Source of the DNA: a virus
DNA length: 42,800 nucleotides
Direction: 5' to 3' (one strand)
IMG/VR virus record: IMGVR_UViG_3300045988_042917
Coordinates: 1 to 42,800 of that record
Each line of letters opens with the position of its first letter. Position 1 is the stretch's first letter. This document shows, piece after piece, positions 1 to 6,845 of this stretch. Position numbers and translations under genes: made by a program. The notes beneath the pieces are model-generated. The model was not told the origin of the DNA. It searched no databases and worked only from the letters and a program-made list of their open reading frames with translations.

Positions 1-524
1 TGCGCGGAGTTGCCTGAGCTGCCTATCTGCGCGGCGTCGCCTGAGCTGCCTATCTTCGCGGAGTTGCCTGAGCTGCCTATCTGCGCGGCGTCGCCTGAGC
101 TGCCTATCTTCGCGCCGCCGCCTGAGCTGCCTATCTTCGCGCCGTAACCTGAGCTGCCTATCTGCGCGGAGTTGCCTGAGCTGCCTATCTTCGCGCCGCC
201 GCCTGAGCTGCCTATCTTCGCGGAGTTGCCTGAGCTGCCTATCTGCGCGGCTTCGCCTGAGCTGCCTATCTTCGCGTAATTGCCTGAGCTGCCTATCTGC
301 GCGACGTCGCCTGAGCTGCCTATCTGCGCGGAGTTGCCTGAGCTGCCTATCTGCGCGGCGTCGCCTGAGCTGCCTATCTGCGCGACGTCGCCCGAACTGC
401 CTATCTTCGCGTAATTGCCTGAGCTGCCTATCTGCGCGACGTCGCCTGAGCTGCCTATCTGCGCGGAGTTGCCTGAGCTGCCTATCTGCGCGGCGTCGCC
501 CGAACTGCCTATCTTCGCGTAGTC
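1..524 (-). repeat. 27-bp tandem repeat array, about 19.5 units (GCCTGAGCTGCCTATCTKCGCGNNNNN). It is coding on the minus strand and continues off the left edge.
   Basis: Read directly: GCCTGAGC recurs at 12, 39, 66 and so on, giving a 27-nt period. About 16 nt of each unit are invariant and a 5-8 nt block varies. The period is a multiple of 3, and the minus-strand frame is open and reads IGSSG-x-x-A-Q/K. Confidence 0.95.
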
Positions 525-896
525 ACCAATATCGACTTTATCACTCGGCATATTTTTTATCGTTTTCTCGCATACAAAATCAATACAAGCCTTGATAAAA
601 CCGGCAAAGCCGAGTTTTACGCCGATCTTGATAGTGCTTGTGGCAAACTTTCGTCCGTCATCGGTAACCGGCTCATCGATAGCTTCTACGGTTGTAAAAT
701 CGCTGAACTTGCCATCTTCGCGCACCAGCGGGTAATGGTTCAGCACATCAAACGGATTAACGCAATAATGCGTCACACCGCCGACACATACGCCGTGCCC
801 GTTTTTCTTGTAGGTTTTGCCCTCCTCGTACTGATACCCCCTGCATATAAGCCCAGGTTCGTAGGCTTTAAAGCCATGCTTGTTATCGTTCATCAT
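1..896 (-). CDS. N-terminal part of a repeat protein. It has a DUF7666-like N-terminal domain followed by nonapeptide repeats, and is truncated by the window edge. The C-terminal part is probably at 42268..42800.
   Basis: ATG at 896-894 overlaps the TGA of the upstream gene (ATGA coupling). My translation is MMNDNKHGFKAYEPGLICRGYQYEEGKTYKKNGHGVCVGGVTHYCVNPFDVLNHYP...KVDIGDYAKIGSSGDAAQIGSSGNSAQIGSSGDVAQ... The GFKAY..CRGFQYEEGKTY..H.C..P motif is recalled from the DUF7666 family. This ORF is not in the supplied track because it runs off the edge. Confidence 0.8.
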   Translation of the reverse strand, partial: MMNDNKHGFKAYEPGLICRGYQYEEGKTYKKNGHGVCVGGVTHYCVNPFDVLNHYPLVREDGKFSDFTTVEAIDEPVTDDGRKFATSTIKIGVKLGFAGFIKACIDFVCEKTIKNMPSDKVDIGDYAKIGSSGDAAQIGSSGNSAQIGSSGDVAQIGSSGNYAKIGSSGDVAQIGSSGDAAQIGSSGNSAQIGSSGDVAQIGSSGNYAKIGSSGEAAQIGSSGNSAKIGSSGGGAKIGSSGNSAQIGSSGYGAKIGSSGGGAKIGSSGDAAQIGSSGNSAKIGSSGDAAQIGSSGNSA

Positions 897-1672
897 TGTT
901 CCCCTTTTACCTTCCTGTAGATTTCCTTAAGGCTTTCAAGCTGCTGCGCACTGGCCTTTTCGCTGTGCGCAATAACGCCCTTGGCCGCGTCATTTGTCGG
1001 TAACTCGTCCTCCCAGCGGCCTTGATTAAGCCATGTAGCCGGGTTAGGTATGTACTGCCCGTTATCTTTAAGCCACTGCTGGCTTTGCTTCTGCGTATTT
1101 ACGGCGGCTATCAGTACCGAAACGGGCGCTTTGACTTTAGCGAACGCCTTTTTTGCGTCGCCTTTACCCACTTTGCGGGGGTAAACAGCCCAAAAAGCAT
1201 CAAAATCGTCGGTTTTCGCATCCGCGCGCTTTTCGGATTCGGATTCGGATATGGATTCGGATTCGGATTGGATTGGATTACGGGGACATATGCTATCATC
1301 TGATTGCATCTGCATACATATGTATTCAGATGTATGCAAGCCATCTTCCGGCGCTGGAAACTTACTTTTTTTCGCCCTAACATTCTGGTGGTGGTCCCAA
1401 GTTGGAAGGTACAGGTACGGTCTACCCTCAAACGCATACAGAGTTACTAAACCTGCAATCTCCAACTTTTTTATCGCCCCAGAAACTGTCTTGGTCGTCA
1501 GTGTTTCCTTTAGCGGGAACAGGCGGCTTTTTATAATAGATGGTCTGCCATCAAAGCGCCCGTAATCATCACAATTTACTATCAGCCGATAAAACAGAAC
1601 TTCTTCGAACCACGAAAGCTTGTCGATACTGTCCGACGTGCACACGCTTTCTTTAATGATCCTGTTCGGCAT
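893..1672 (-). CDS. Phage replisome organizer / DnaD-like replication initiation protein
   Basis: The N-terminus MPNRIIKESVCTSDSIDKLSWFEEVLFYRLIVNCDDYGRFDGRPSIIKSRLFP matches the phage replisome organizer N-terminal domain pattern. The C-terminal DAFWAVYPRKVGKGDAKKAFAKV is typical of DnaD-like C-termini. It lies next to SSB. Confidence 0.8.
   Translation of the reverse strand: MPNRIIKESVCTSDSIDKLSWFEEVLFYRLIVNCDDYGRFDGRPSIIKSRLFPLKETLTTKTVSGAIKKLEIAGLVTLYAFEGRPYLYLPTWDHHQNVRAKKSKFPAPEDGLHTSEYICMQMQSDDSICPRNPIQSESESISESESEKRADAKTDDFDAFWAVYPRKVGKGDAKKAFAKVKAPVSVLIAAVNTQKQSQQWLKDNGQYIPNPATWLNQGRWEDELPTNDAAKGVIAHSEKASAQQLESLKEIYRKVKGEQ
1235..1332. repeat. Hexanucleotide (GGATTC)n tract followed by a 26-bp near-perfect palindrome, inside the replisome organizer gene. 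Candidate replication origin.
   Basis: GGATTC-like hexamers run from 1235 to about 1280 and encode SESESISESESE. CATCTGCATACATATGTATTCAGATG at 1307-1332 is palindromic with one mismatched pair. Confidence 0.4.
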
Positions 1673-1683
1673 GGCGCATCACC

Positions 1684-2067
1684 TTAGTTAAAAGGCAATT
1701 CGCCGTCATCGTCGAGGTCTTCAAAGTCTGCGGCGCTTATGTCCGCCGATGCTTCCCTGCGCTTGCTTTCGCCGAAGTAGACATGTTCGGCGACCACCTC
1801 CGCGTTCCTGCGCTTGTTGCCGTTGTCATCTGTCCAGCTGCGTATCTGCAATCTGCCAGAAACGATAGCCATGCTGCCCTTGCTGAAATACCTATCGACA
1901 AATTCACCCGTTCCGCGCCATGCGACGCAGTCAATAAAATCGGTCTGCTTTTCGCCGAAATCTCGGTCAACAGCCAGCGTGAAAGACGCGACTGGCGTAT
2001 TTGACTGCGTGTATCGCAGTTCCGGGTCACGGGTCAGGCGACCCATTATCGTAATTGTGTTTAACAT
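1684..2067 (-). CDS. ssb: Single-stranded DNA-binding protein
   Basis: It has an OB-fold SSB signature (MLNTITIMGRLTRDPELRYTQSNTPVASFTLAVDR...VSGRLQIRSWTDDNG) and an acidic C-terminal tail ending DDDGELPFN. Confidence 0.93.
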   Translation of the reverse strand: MLNTITIMGRLTRDPELRYTQSNTPVASFTLAVDRDFGEKQTDFIDCVAWRGTGEFVDRYFSKGSMAIVSGRLQIRSWTDDNGNKRRNAEVVAEHVYFGESKRREASADISAADFEDLDDDGELPFN

Positions 2068-2079
2068 TTGTTTCCCCTT

Positions 2080-2358
2080 TCATATCCATGACTTTCCGAA
2101 CACTTCCATAAATTTTTCGTGCCCGTACAGTTTTTCAAATCGTTCCTGGCACTGCTGCTTTAAACGGATATCAAGATCGCGGTTGAAGTGAACGCCGTAG
2201 CTTGCGCCGTTGTGCCAGTCGTAGCGCAGCCACACCCAGCAGCCCCATTTCTCGGCGGCCTTGCGTCTGCCCGATGCGTAAATGTGATGGCGGCAAAGCT
2301 GTGTTGTGCTGCCGGTGATGAAACATGCCTTTTCCGTCTGCATGATGCTATCTGCCAT
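2080..2358 (-). CDS. Conserved small phage protein with a C-x10-C-x-HH motif. Possibly Zn-binding or HNH-like; function uncertain.
   Basis: The 92-aa ORF contains KACFITGSTTQLCRHHIY...GVHFNRDLD and overlaps the neighbouring gene by 11 nt. The family is recalled only loosely. Confidence 0.55.
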   Translation of the reverse strand: MADSIMQTEKACFITGSTTQLCRHHIYASGRRKAAEKWGCWVWLRYDWHNGASYGVHFNRDLDIRLKQQCQERFEKLYGHEKFMEVFGKSWI

Positions 2359-2851
2359 CCCACGCCTCCAACATTGCGTTGATTTCGTCCGCCGGTCTTG
2401 TTTCGATGCCCAGTGCCCGGCAGTCCTGAATCAGATTGTCTATCAGCATCGACATTTGCCGGGTATCAAAATCGGAACTGCCGCTGTGAAACGTAACGTT
2501 TGTGTAGCCGGTGTAGGCACACCCCGTTTCGCACCGGCGCCCGATGTGGCCGCGAACAAAATCTGCTATAGCGTTTTCTACGTCTTCATCGGCCACAAGT
2601 AGCGTGTAGCGTATCGTTGGAACATCTTCAAGTGCCCTGCGGTATACGGTCTTAGGGCTTATCCGCGTTGCAATCGATATTTCATCTATCAGCTTCCACG
2701 CGTAGGCATTGGCATCCAGGCTGCGCTTTTTGCGTGTCTTTTTGATTTCGTATTCGCCGGGCTTAAAGCCGTATACAAAGCGCCGTGCATCGTCGCGCGG
2801 TATCGCAAGGCTTACACCGTCCGGCGTTATTTCCGCATTACTTATCTTCAT
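2348..2851 (-). CDS. NinB/Orf-like recombination mediator (putative)
   Basis: RSLDANAYAWKLIDEIS resembles lambda NinB RSLDQNRKLWACLGDVS. The C-terminal SSDFDTRQMSMLIDNLIQDCRALGIE resembles NinB STSRMRVGEFAELLELIQAFG. It lies between ERF and SSB. Confidence 0.55.
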   Translation of the reverse strand: MKISNAEITPDGVSLAIPRDDARRFVYGFKPGEYEIKKTRKKRSLDANAYAWKLIDEISIATRISPKTVYRRALEDVPTIRYTLLVADEDVENAIADFVRGHIGRRCETGCAYTGYTNVTFHSGSSDFDTRQMSMLIDNLIQDCRALGIETRPADEINAMLEAWDGR

Positions 2852-3545
2852 TGGTATTCACCGTCTCTACGCACTTATTGCACAGCACCGCGCCGAACTT
2901 CTTCTTCGTGCCCTCGCTCCACTTTTTCAGGGAGATGGGCTTGCCGTCCGCGCCGGTGTAGACAGCCAGCGGCGCGCTGCATCGCTCGCAGCGGTAAACA
3001 AGCTCGTCCTTCGGCTTAGCGTCATGCTGTACAGGCGGTTTGCGGTCAGCGGGCTTGCGGTAATATTCATCGTTGCTGGGGTCTGCGTCGGGGTCGTCGC
3101 CGGTGCTGATCTTGTACATCTTCATCAGCGCATATTTATCGGCGTAGGTCATGGCCTTGCCGCTGCCCTTGTCCTGCGCGTCGATGCCTTCCGCAAAAGT
3201 GGTTGTTTCAATGTATTCGTCCGGGTTATCAATATTTACAAAGCGGTAAACCGTCTCAACGCGTTCAAAAAACGTCGTCTTTTTGCTGATAACGCCGTTG
3301 TAGTTGGTTTCGCTTTCAAGCCGTTCGCTTTCAAGGACGGTGCGCGACGCGGGGTAACTGTAAACGCCGTATTTAGCTTCAAGCGGCTTTACATTATCTA
3401 TAATGTCGCGTTCGGACACTGCCTTGTAGCTCTTGCCCTTGCCGGTATCTACATGCAGGTTTTTACCGATGGTGTTCAGATCGGCGGTTATCGCAGCCAT
3501 GCGCTGGCAGATGTTCAGCGCCGTATCTCTTTTGATTTCTTCCAT
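2838..3545 (-). CDS. erf: ERF-family single-strand annealing protein with a C-terminal CxxC...CxxC zinc ribbon
   Basis: YKAVSERDIIDNVKPLEAKYGVYSY...GSGKAMTYADKYALMKMYKISTGDDPD matches the ERF superfamily pattern. The C-terminus has YRCERCSAPL...CNKC. Confidence 0.8.
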   Translation of the reverse strand: MEEIKRDTALNICQRMAAITADLNTIGKNLHVDTGKGKSYKAVSERDIIDNVKPLEAKYGVYSYPASRTVLESERLESETNYNGVISKKTTFFERVETVYRFVNIDNPDEYIETTTFAEGIDAQDKGSGKAMTYADKYALMKMYKISTGDDPDADPSNDEYYRKPADRKPPVQHDAKPKDELVYRCERCSAPLAVYTGADGKPISLKKWSEGTKKKFGAVLCNKCVETVNTNEDK

Positions 3546-3552
3546 GCCGCAC

Positions 3553-4041
3553 CTACTTTACCGACATATTCATGTTTTCGGCCAAACGCCAGCCGGAAAC
3601 CTCTGTGCCGGATTTGATAGCGGCCTTGATAGCGTTCTTGTCGGGCTTCTGCGTAACCGTTACCTTCATGTACTCGTCAGGGGCAATGCTCTCATCGTCG
3701 CTTGTGGCTATGGTGCTCTTGCGCCACGATACCGCCACTTTCGCGGTCTGGAACTTCTCGCCGCCCAACGCGTCGGAAGCGTCGGCCTTGAGCCTGTCCG
3801 CACGTTTTTCAAGCGCGGCCTGCCGTGCCTTTAGCACCTTGATTTCCTCCGCAATCTCTGCCGCGTTGCTTACGCAGTTTTTATAAAGCAGCAGCGTGTT
3901 TTCAATGATCTCCTCGCGGCTTATGCTAAGCTCCGCATACCTTGCCGCGAATGCATCCGGGTCTGTAAGCTCCCCTGTCTCGGGGTCAACAAACTCGTCG
4001 TAAAGCTTGTAGATCGCGTTATCTACCCAATAAAGGTTCAT
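3553..4041 (-). CDS. Siphovirus Gp157-like protein
   Basis: The protein is 162 aa with a coiled-coil centre. The C-terminus KPDKNAIKAAIKSGTEVSGWRLAENMNMSVK matches the Gp157-family ending, and the gene sits upstream of the annealase. Confidence 0.6.
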   Translation of the reverse strand: MNLYWVDNAIYKLYDEFVDPETGELTDPDAFAARYAELSISREEIIENTLLLYKNCVSNAAEIAEEIKVLKARQAALEKRADRLKADASDALGGEKFQTAKVAVSWRKSTIATSDDESIAPDEYMKVTVTQKPDKNAIKAAIKSGTEVSGWRLAENMNMSVK

Positions 4042-4059
4042 TTGCCGTCCTCCTTTTTG

Positions 4060-4197
4060 TTATTTAAATGTGTATCTCTCGCGCCTCTTAGCGCACTCGG
4101 CCTCCGCAGTATCGGCAAACCACACAAGCGCCGATACAATGCCGCCTATCGTAAATACGATGCCCATGACGGCCACGCAGAACCAAAACAGTATCAT
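4060..4197 (-). CDS. Small single-pass membrane protein (45 aa)
   Basis: I chose the internal ATG at 4197 because it is preceded by AAAGGGGAAAGGG. The product is MILFWFCVAVMGIVFTIGGIVSALVWF.... The longer 78-aa ORF in the track would overlap the upstream HTH gene. Confidence 0.45.
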   Translation of the reverse strand: MILFWFCVAVMGIVFTIGGIVSALVWFADTAEAECAKRRERYTFK

Positions 4198-4211
4198 TAC
4201 CCTTTCCCCTT

Positions 4212-4454
4212 TCAGCACTTGCCCACAAGTGCCCTCAGCTCGTCTATCGGCAAGCCCAGTGCCCTTGACAGCGCCTTGACCTCGCCGATCTTCCACGCGT
4301 CCGATGTTCCGCCCATCATCGAGCGGTAACGCCCTACGCTTATGCCCATTTTGGCGGCAAGCTTGACCTCGCTCAGCTGCATTGCGCTTTTTCGACCGAG
4401 CACGAGCTCCTTTAGCGGGTCTCTGTCGATTTTGTCAAATCGCGTTCTCGGCAT
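4212..4454 (-). CDS. Small HTH DNA-binding protein of the early operon
   Basis: LSEVKLAAKMGISVGRYRSMMGG has an HTH-like pattern. It is the first gene of the recombination/replication block. Confidence 0.55.
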   Translation of the reverse strand: MPRTRFDKIDRDPLKELVLGRKSAMQLSEVKLAAKMGISVGRYRSMMGGTSDAWKIGEVKALSRALGLPIDELRALVGKC

Positions 4455-4468
4455 TTTATTTGCCCCCT

Positions 4469-4834
4469 TTACTCTATTGGCTCAAGTTCCAGTACCTTGT
4501 CAGAGTACATGCTCCAACCGCCATAACGTTGTTTGCTGAATTGTGCATTGTAAAGCCATTCATTCAGCTCAACTTTTTTTGACGTAATTGCTGCATCTTC
4601 GATAGTGCTTGCTGGTGCGTGAGTTTCTATATACGCTTTTTGCTGCTCAAAATTGTTTATTTCTTTTGGTTGTAATAAAACAATTTCTGCTGCGAAAGAG
4701 AAAAGCACCAGCGACATAACGATTGTAAATAACACGCTAAACGCAAAGCCTGCAGGGTTTCCTAAGTCATCAGATTTTTTAATTGCAAATATGCCTAGGC
4801 CTAAAAACAGTGGCAACACGATTAACCAATACAT
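4469..4834 (-). CDS. Membrane protein of unknown function with two N-terminal TM helices and a soluble C-terminal domain. AT-rich, moron-like.
   Basis: It has a strong RBS (AAAGGAGGAG). The product is MYWLIVLPLFLGLGIFAIKK...FAFSVLFTIVMSLVLFSFAAEIVLL. The sequence is visibly more AT-rich than its neighbours. Confidence 0.65.
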   Translation of the reverse strand: MYWLIVLPLFLGLGIFAIKKSDDLGNPAGFAFSVLFTIVMSLVLFSFAAEIVLLQPKEINNFEQQKAYIETHAPASTIEDAAITSKKVELNEWLYNAQFSKQRYGGWSMYSDKVLELEPIE

Positions 4835-4859
4835 TGTTTACTCCTCCTTTACTTTTTTC

Positions 4860-4888
4860 TTGCGTTTGTTTGCTTTCTCCTTTAAGAT
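4860..4888 (+). promoter_or_regulatory. Sigma-70-type promoter for 4913..5305 (TTGCGT-N17-TAAGAT)
   Basis: TTGCGT lies at 4860-4865 and TAAGAT at 4883-4888, separated by 17 nt. An RBS (AAAGGAG) follows 8 nt before the ATG at 4913. Confidence 0.45.
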
Positions 4889-4912
4889 GGAAACATTAAA
4901 GGAGTTGATTTT

Positions 4913-5305
4913 ATGCGTAGATGTAAAATAGTGATTGCTCTCGTCCTTGCCGCATGTATCGGCATTACCGTTGCATATATAGCCTCAATGACCTCGCTTC
5001 TCCCCGGCGTTGAGTTCCGTTATGTTACCAATGGCCGAACCGGTGAACCTGTAGGTCTACTCGGCTCTTTGATCGCTTACGGTTTCTATTGGTTCATATT
5101 CAACGGCCTGATTTTTACATACTTTCTCATTGCCATATCAATAGCCGGTGCCATACTTAAACGATGCGGGTACAAGCAGGAAGTTTATAAGCTACTGGAC
5201 GATGGCCTATTCCTTGACAGGCTTGGAATTTCTGCTATAGCATCAACCGTCGTTACCGGCTTTTTTCTTCTGCTGTATATGTTCAACATCATAAGTCTCG
5301 TTTAG
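4913..5305 (+). CDS. Four-TM membrane protein encoded antisense to the early lytic operon. Candidate superinfection exclusion or other moron function.
   Basis: The 130-aa product has four hydrophobic segments, its own RBS and promoter, and AT-rich composition. It converges on the cro-like gene. Confidence 0.65.
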   Translation: MRRCKIVIALVLAACIGITVAYIASMTSLLPGVEFRYVTNGRTGEPVGLLGSLIAYGFYWFIFNGLIFTYFLIAISIAGAILKRCGYKQEVYKLLDDGLFLDRLGISAIASTVVTGFFLLLYMFNIISLV

Positions 5306-5313
5306 CTGCGGCC

Positions 5314-5505
5314 TTACCCGTTCAGCAGCTCATCCACGGTACAACCAAGCACTTTCGCAACTGCGCAAAGACTCCTGCTCGAGGGTTCGATTTTTCCGCC
5401 GCGCCACTTGCCGATAACGCCGTTGCCTATATCGGCTGCTCGTTCAAGCGCGGCTATCGAATATCGCTGTTCCATTGCTTTGCGGTAAAGTATCTCCGTG
5501 TTCAA
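5314..5505 (-). CDS. Cro-like XRE-family HTH protein, first gene of the early lytic transcript
   Basis: A TTG start at 5505 is preceded by AAGGAGGTG. SIAALERAADIGNGVIGKWRGGKIEPSSRSLCAVAKVLGCTVDELL is a classic XRE HTH. It is divergent from the repressor gene. Confidence 0.8.
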   Translation of the reverse strand: MNTEILYRKAMEQRYSIAALERAADIGNGVIGKWRGGKIEPSSRSLCAVAKVLGCTVDELLNG

Positions 5506-5547
5506 GTTCTCACCTCCTTATAATGTCAAGCATTATTTGCTTGACAT

Positions 5548-5590
5548 TTCGATTTCATTTACATTTACATTGTATTAGAATGAAATCGAA
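5548..5590. promoter_or_regulatory. 12-bp perfect inverted repeat (TTCGATTTCATT ... AATGAAATCGAA) with a 19-nt spacer, in the cro leader
   Basis: Read directly at 5548-5559 and 5579-5590. Confidence 0.5.
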
Positions 5591-5610
5591 CACTAATTTA
5601 ACTAAGTTTC

Positions 5611-5639
5611 TTGACAGAGCTTAGAAACCATGCTAATAT
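5611..5639 (+). promoter_or_regulatory. Rightward near-consensus promoter (TTGACA-N17-TAATAT) reading towards the repressor gene
   Basis: TTGACA lies at 5611-5616 and TAATAT at 5634-5639, with an exact 17-nt spacer. The spacer contains a CTTAGAAAC operator-like half-site. Confidence 0.6.
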
Positions 5640-5715
5640 GAGCTTGACCATATAACTTCATATTTTTCAAGTCCGCTATATTAGAGGACTTAGTTTCTTG
5701 TGCCCTACGAGCATT

Positions 5716-5744
5716 ATTATAACTAAGTTTTCTAAGATAGTCAA
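5716..5744 (-). promoter_or_regulatory. Leftward consensus promoter (TTGACT-N17-TATAAT) reading towards cro and the early genes
   Basis: On the minus strand TTGACT corresponds to plus 5739-5744 and TATAAT to plus 5716-5721, with a 17-nt spacer. The promoter is embedded in the 5729..5759 inverted repeat. Confidence 0.6.
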
Positions 5745-5759
5745 TAGTAATCTTAGAAA
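5729..5759. promoter_or_regulatory. Operator candidate: perfect 10-bp inverted repeat TTTCTAAGAT-N11-ATCTTAGAAA. Related half-sites lie at 5603-5612, 5620-5628 and 5690-5700.
   Basis: Read directly. The half-site family TAAGTTTCT / CTTAGAAAC recurs at least five times between 5600 and 5760. Confidence 0.6.
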
Positions 5760-5797
5760 TATTAGTTTGTCACATTGCACAAACTTCGGTGTACAAA

Positions 5798-6265
5798 ATG
5801 AACACAATAGATAAAATCAATTACTATTTAGCTAAGCAAGGGAAAAACGGTGCCGGATTGTGTGCTTATTTAGGCGTATCAAACGGTGTATACAGCCAAT
5901 GGAACACCGGCAGGACTTCACCGCGAAAAAGTAAACTACCCTTAATCGCCGAGTATTTGGGCGTAACGGTTGAAGATTTACTCCCTGATGAAAGCATAAA
6001 AAAAGAGCCCTCCATCCCGACGGATGAAGAGCTCGATAAAAACGATGCTATGTGGTCAGCTTATGACGGCGTGCTTGAAAGCACAAACGGACTGTCATTG
6101 CATGACACTAATATTATTTTAAAAATGCTTAAAGACGGTGGGCAGGGCATGACCTATAATGAGCTGCTTGCCTTTGCCTCTGCGCTTAGCAAACTTCCTC
6201 CTGAGCGTCGCCAGCACCTTCTTCAATCCGCTGATATGCTTCGGCAAGACAAGTCAGAGCCCTGA
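5798..6265 (+). CDS. CI-like XRE-family HTH repressor with a non-peptidase C-terminal domain
   Basis: NTIDKINYYLAKQGKNGAGLCAYLGVSNGVYSQWNTGRTSPRKSKLPLIAEYLGVTVEDLL is an XRE HTH. It is divergent from cro and shares a strand with the integrase. I see no S24 Ser/Lys motif. The ATG at 5798 is preferred over the GTG at 5789. Confidence 0.8.
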   Translation: MNTIDKINYYLAKQGKNGAGLCAYLGVSNGVYSQWNTGRTSPRKSKLPLIAEYLGVTVEDLLPDESIKKEPSIPTDEELDKNDAMWSAYDGVLESTNGLSLHDTNIILKMLKDGGQGMTYNELLAFASALSKLPPERRQHLLQSADMLRQDKSEP

Positions 6266-6386
6266 TCAGGCTGCCGGTGCCGTGCTCCGCAAGGTCCATG
6301 AGCTTTTCCTTTTCCCACTCGCTGAACATGGGGAAGTTATGATCCAGCTCATAGCGGAACATTTCCAGTTCGTCAGCAGTCAACAT
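6186..6386 (-). CDS. Hypothetical small acidic helical protein (66 aa), second gene of a two-gene operon
   Basis: The ORF starts MLTADELEMF, overlaps its upstream partner by 14 nt, and overlaps the repressor 3' end by 80 nt in a convergent arrangement. Confidence 0.4.
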   Translation of the reverse strand: MLTADELEMFRYELDHNFPMFSEWEKEKLMDLAEHGTGSLIRALTCLAEAYQRIEEGAGDAQEEVC

Positions 6387-6672
6387 CTTTGTACCTCTTT
6401 TCCGTGGCTTGGCAGCCTTCCAAAAAGCCTTTCCAATGTATTAATTGCTTTTCGCCCATTACGCAAACATAGGCTGTCAGTTTGGTTTCGATTGCCCTGC
6501 GCTCCGGGTCTCCGGCTAAATCTTTGAACCGAGTTTTAACGCGCTCAAGAAAGCCTGCTTGCTTTTTTGTCGCATCCGCAGTGAGGCGGTTGAACGCTTC
6601 TTTTTCTTCCGCAAATTCCGGGAAGTACCCAAGCATCTCGCACAGTACCCTCATTTGTTCATCAGTCAACAT
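6373..6672 (-). CDS. Hypothetical helical protein (99 aa), first gene of a two-gene operon between repressor and integrase
   Basis: The ORF starts MLTDEQMRVL and is preceded by GAGAGGGGAATAGAA-ATG. It has its own promoter and operator at 6846-6886. Confidence 0.5.
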   Translation of the reverse strand: MLTDEQMRVLCEMLGYFPEFAEEKEAFNRLTADATKKQAGFLERVKTRFKDLAGDPERRAIETKLTAYVCVMGEKQLIHWKGFLEGCQATEKRYKDVDC

Positions 6673-6845
6673 TTCTATTCCCCTCTCTCATTGTGCAATC
6701 TGTGCAGTTTCCGTCTCCCGTTTCATACAAACTGCCGAAAATGTAAATATTTATACCTTTTTTGACGTAATAGTGCTATTATATGTATAAGCAGTTAAGA
6801 TATGCCTATTCGTATATCTGGATAGGATATAGCAGAATTGTTATT

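Noticed and set aside
1-524. The regular short repeats at both ends could be mistaken for a CRISPR array.
   Set aside because: The units are directly adjacent with a 27-nt period and no unique spacers. The array lies in an open reading frame with an in-frame N-terminal domain on one side and a C-terminal domain on the other. No cas genes or leader are present.
735-920. A 61-aa plus-strand ORF near the left end, and the several ORFs at 1022..1565 on both strands inside the replisome organizer gene.
   Set aside because: They lie antisense to, or out of frame within, strongly supported genes (the DUF7666-like N-terminal domain and the replisome organizer). Some exist only because the hexanucleotide repeat keeps all frames open.
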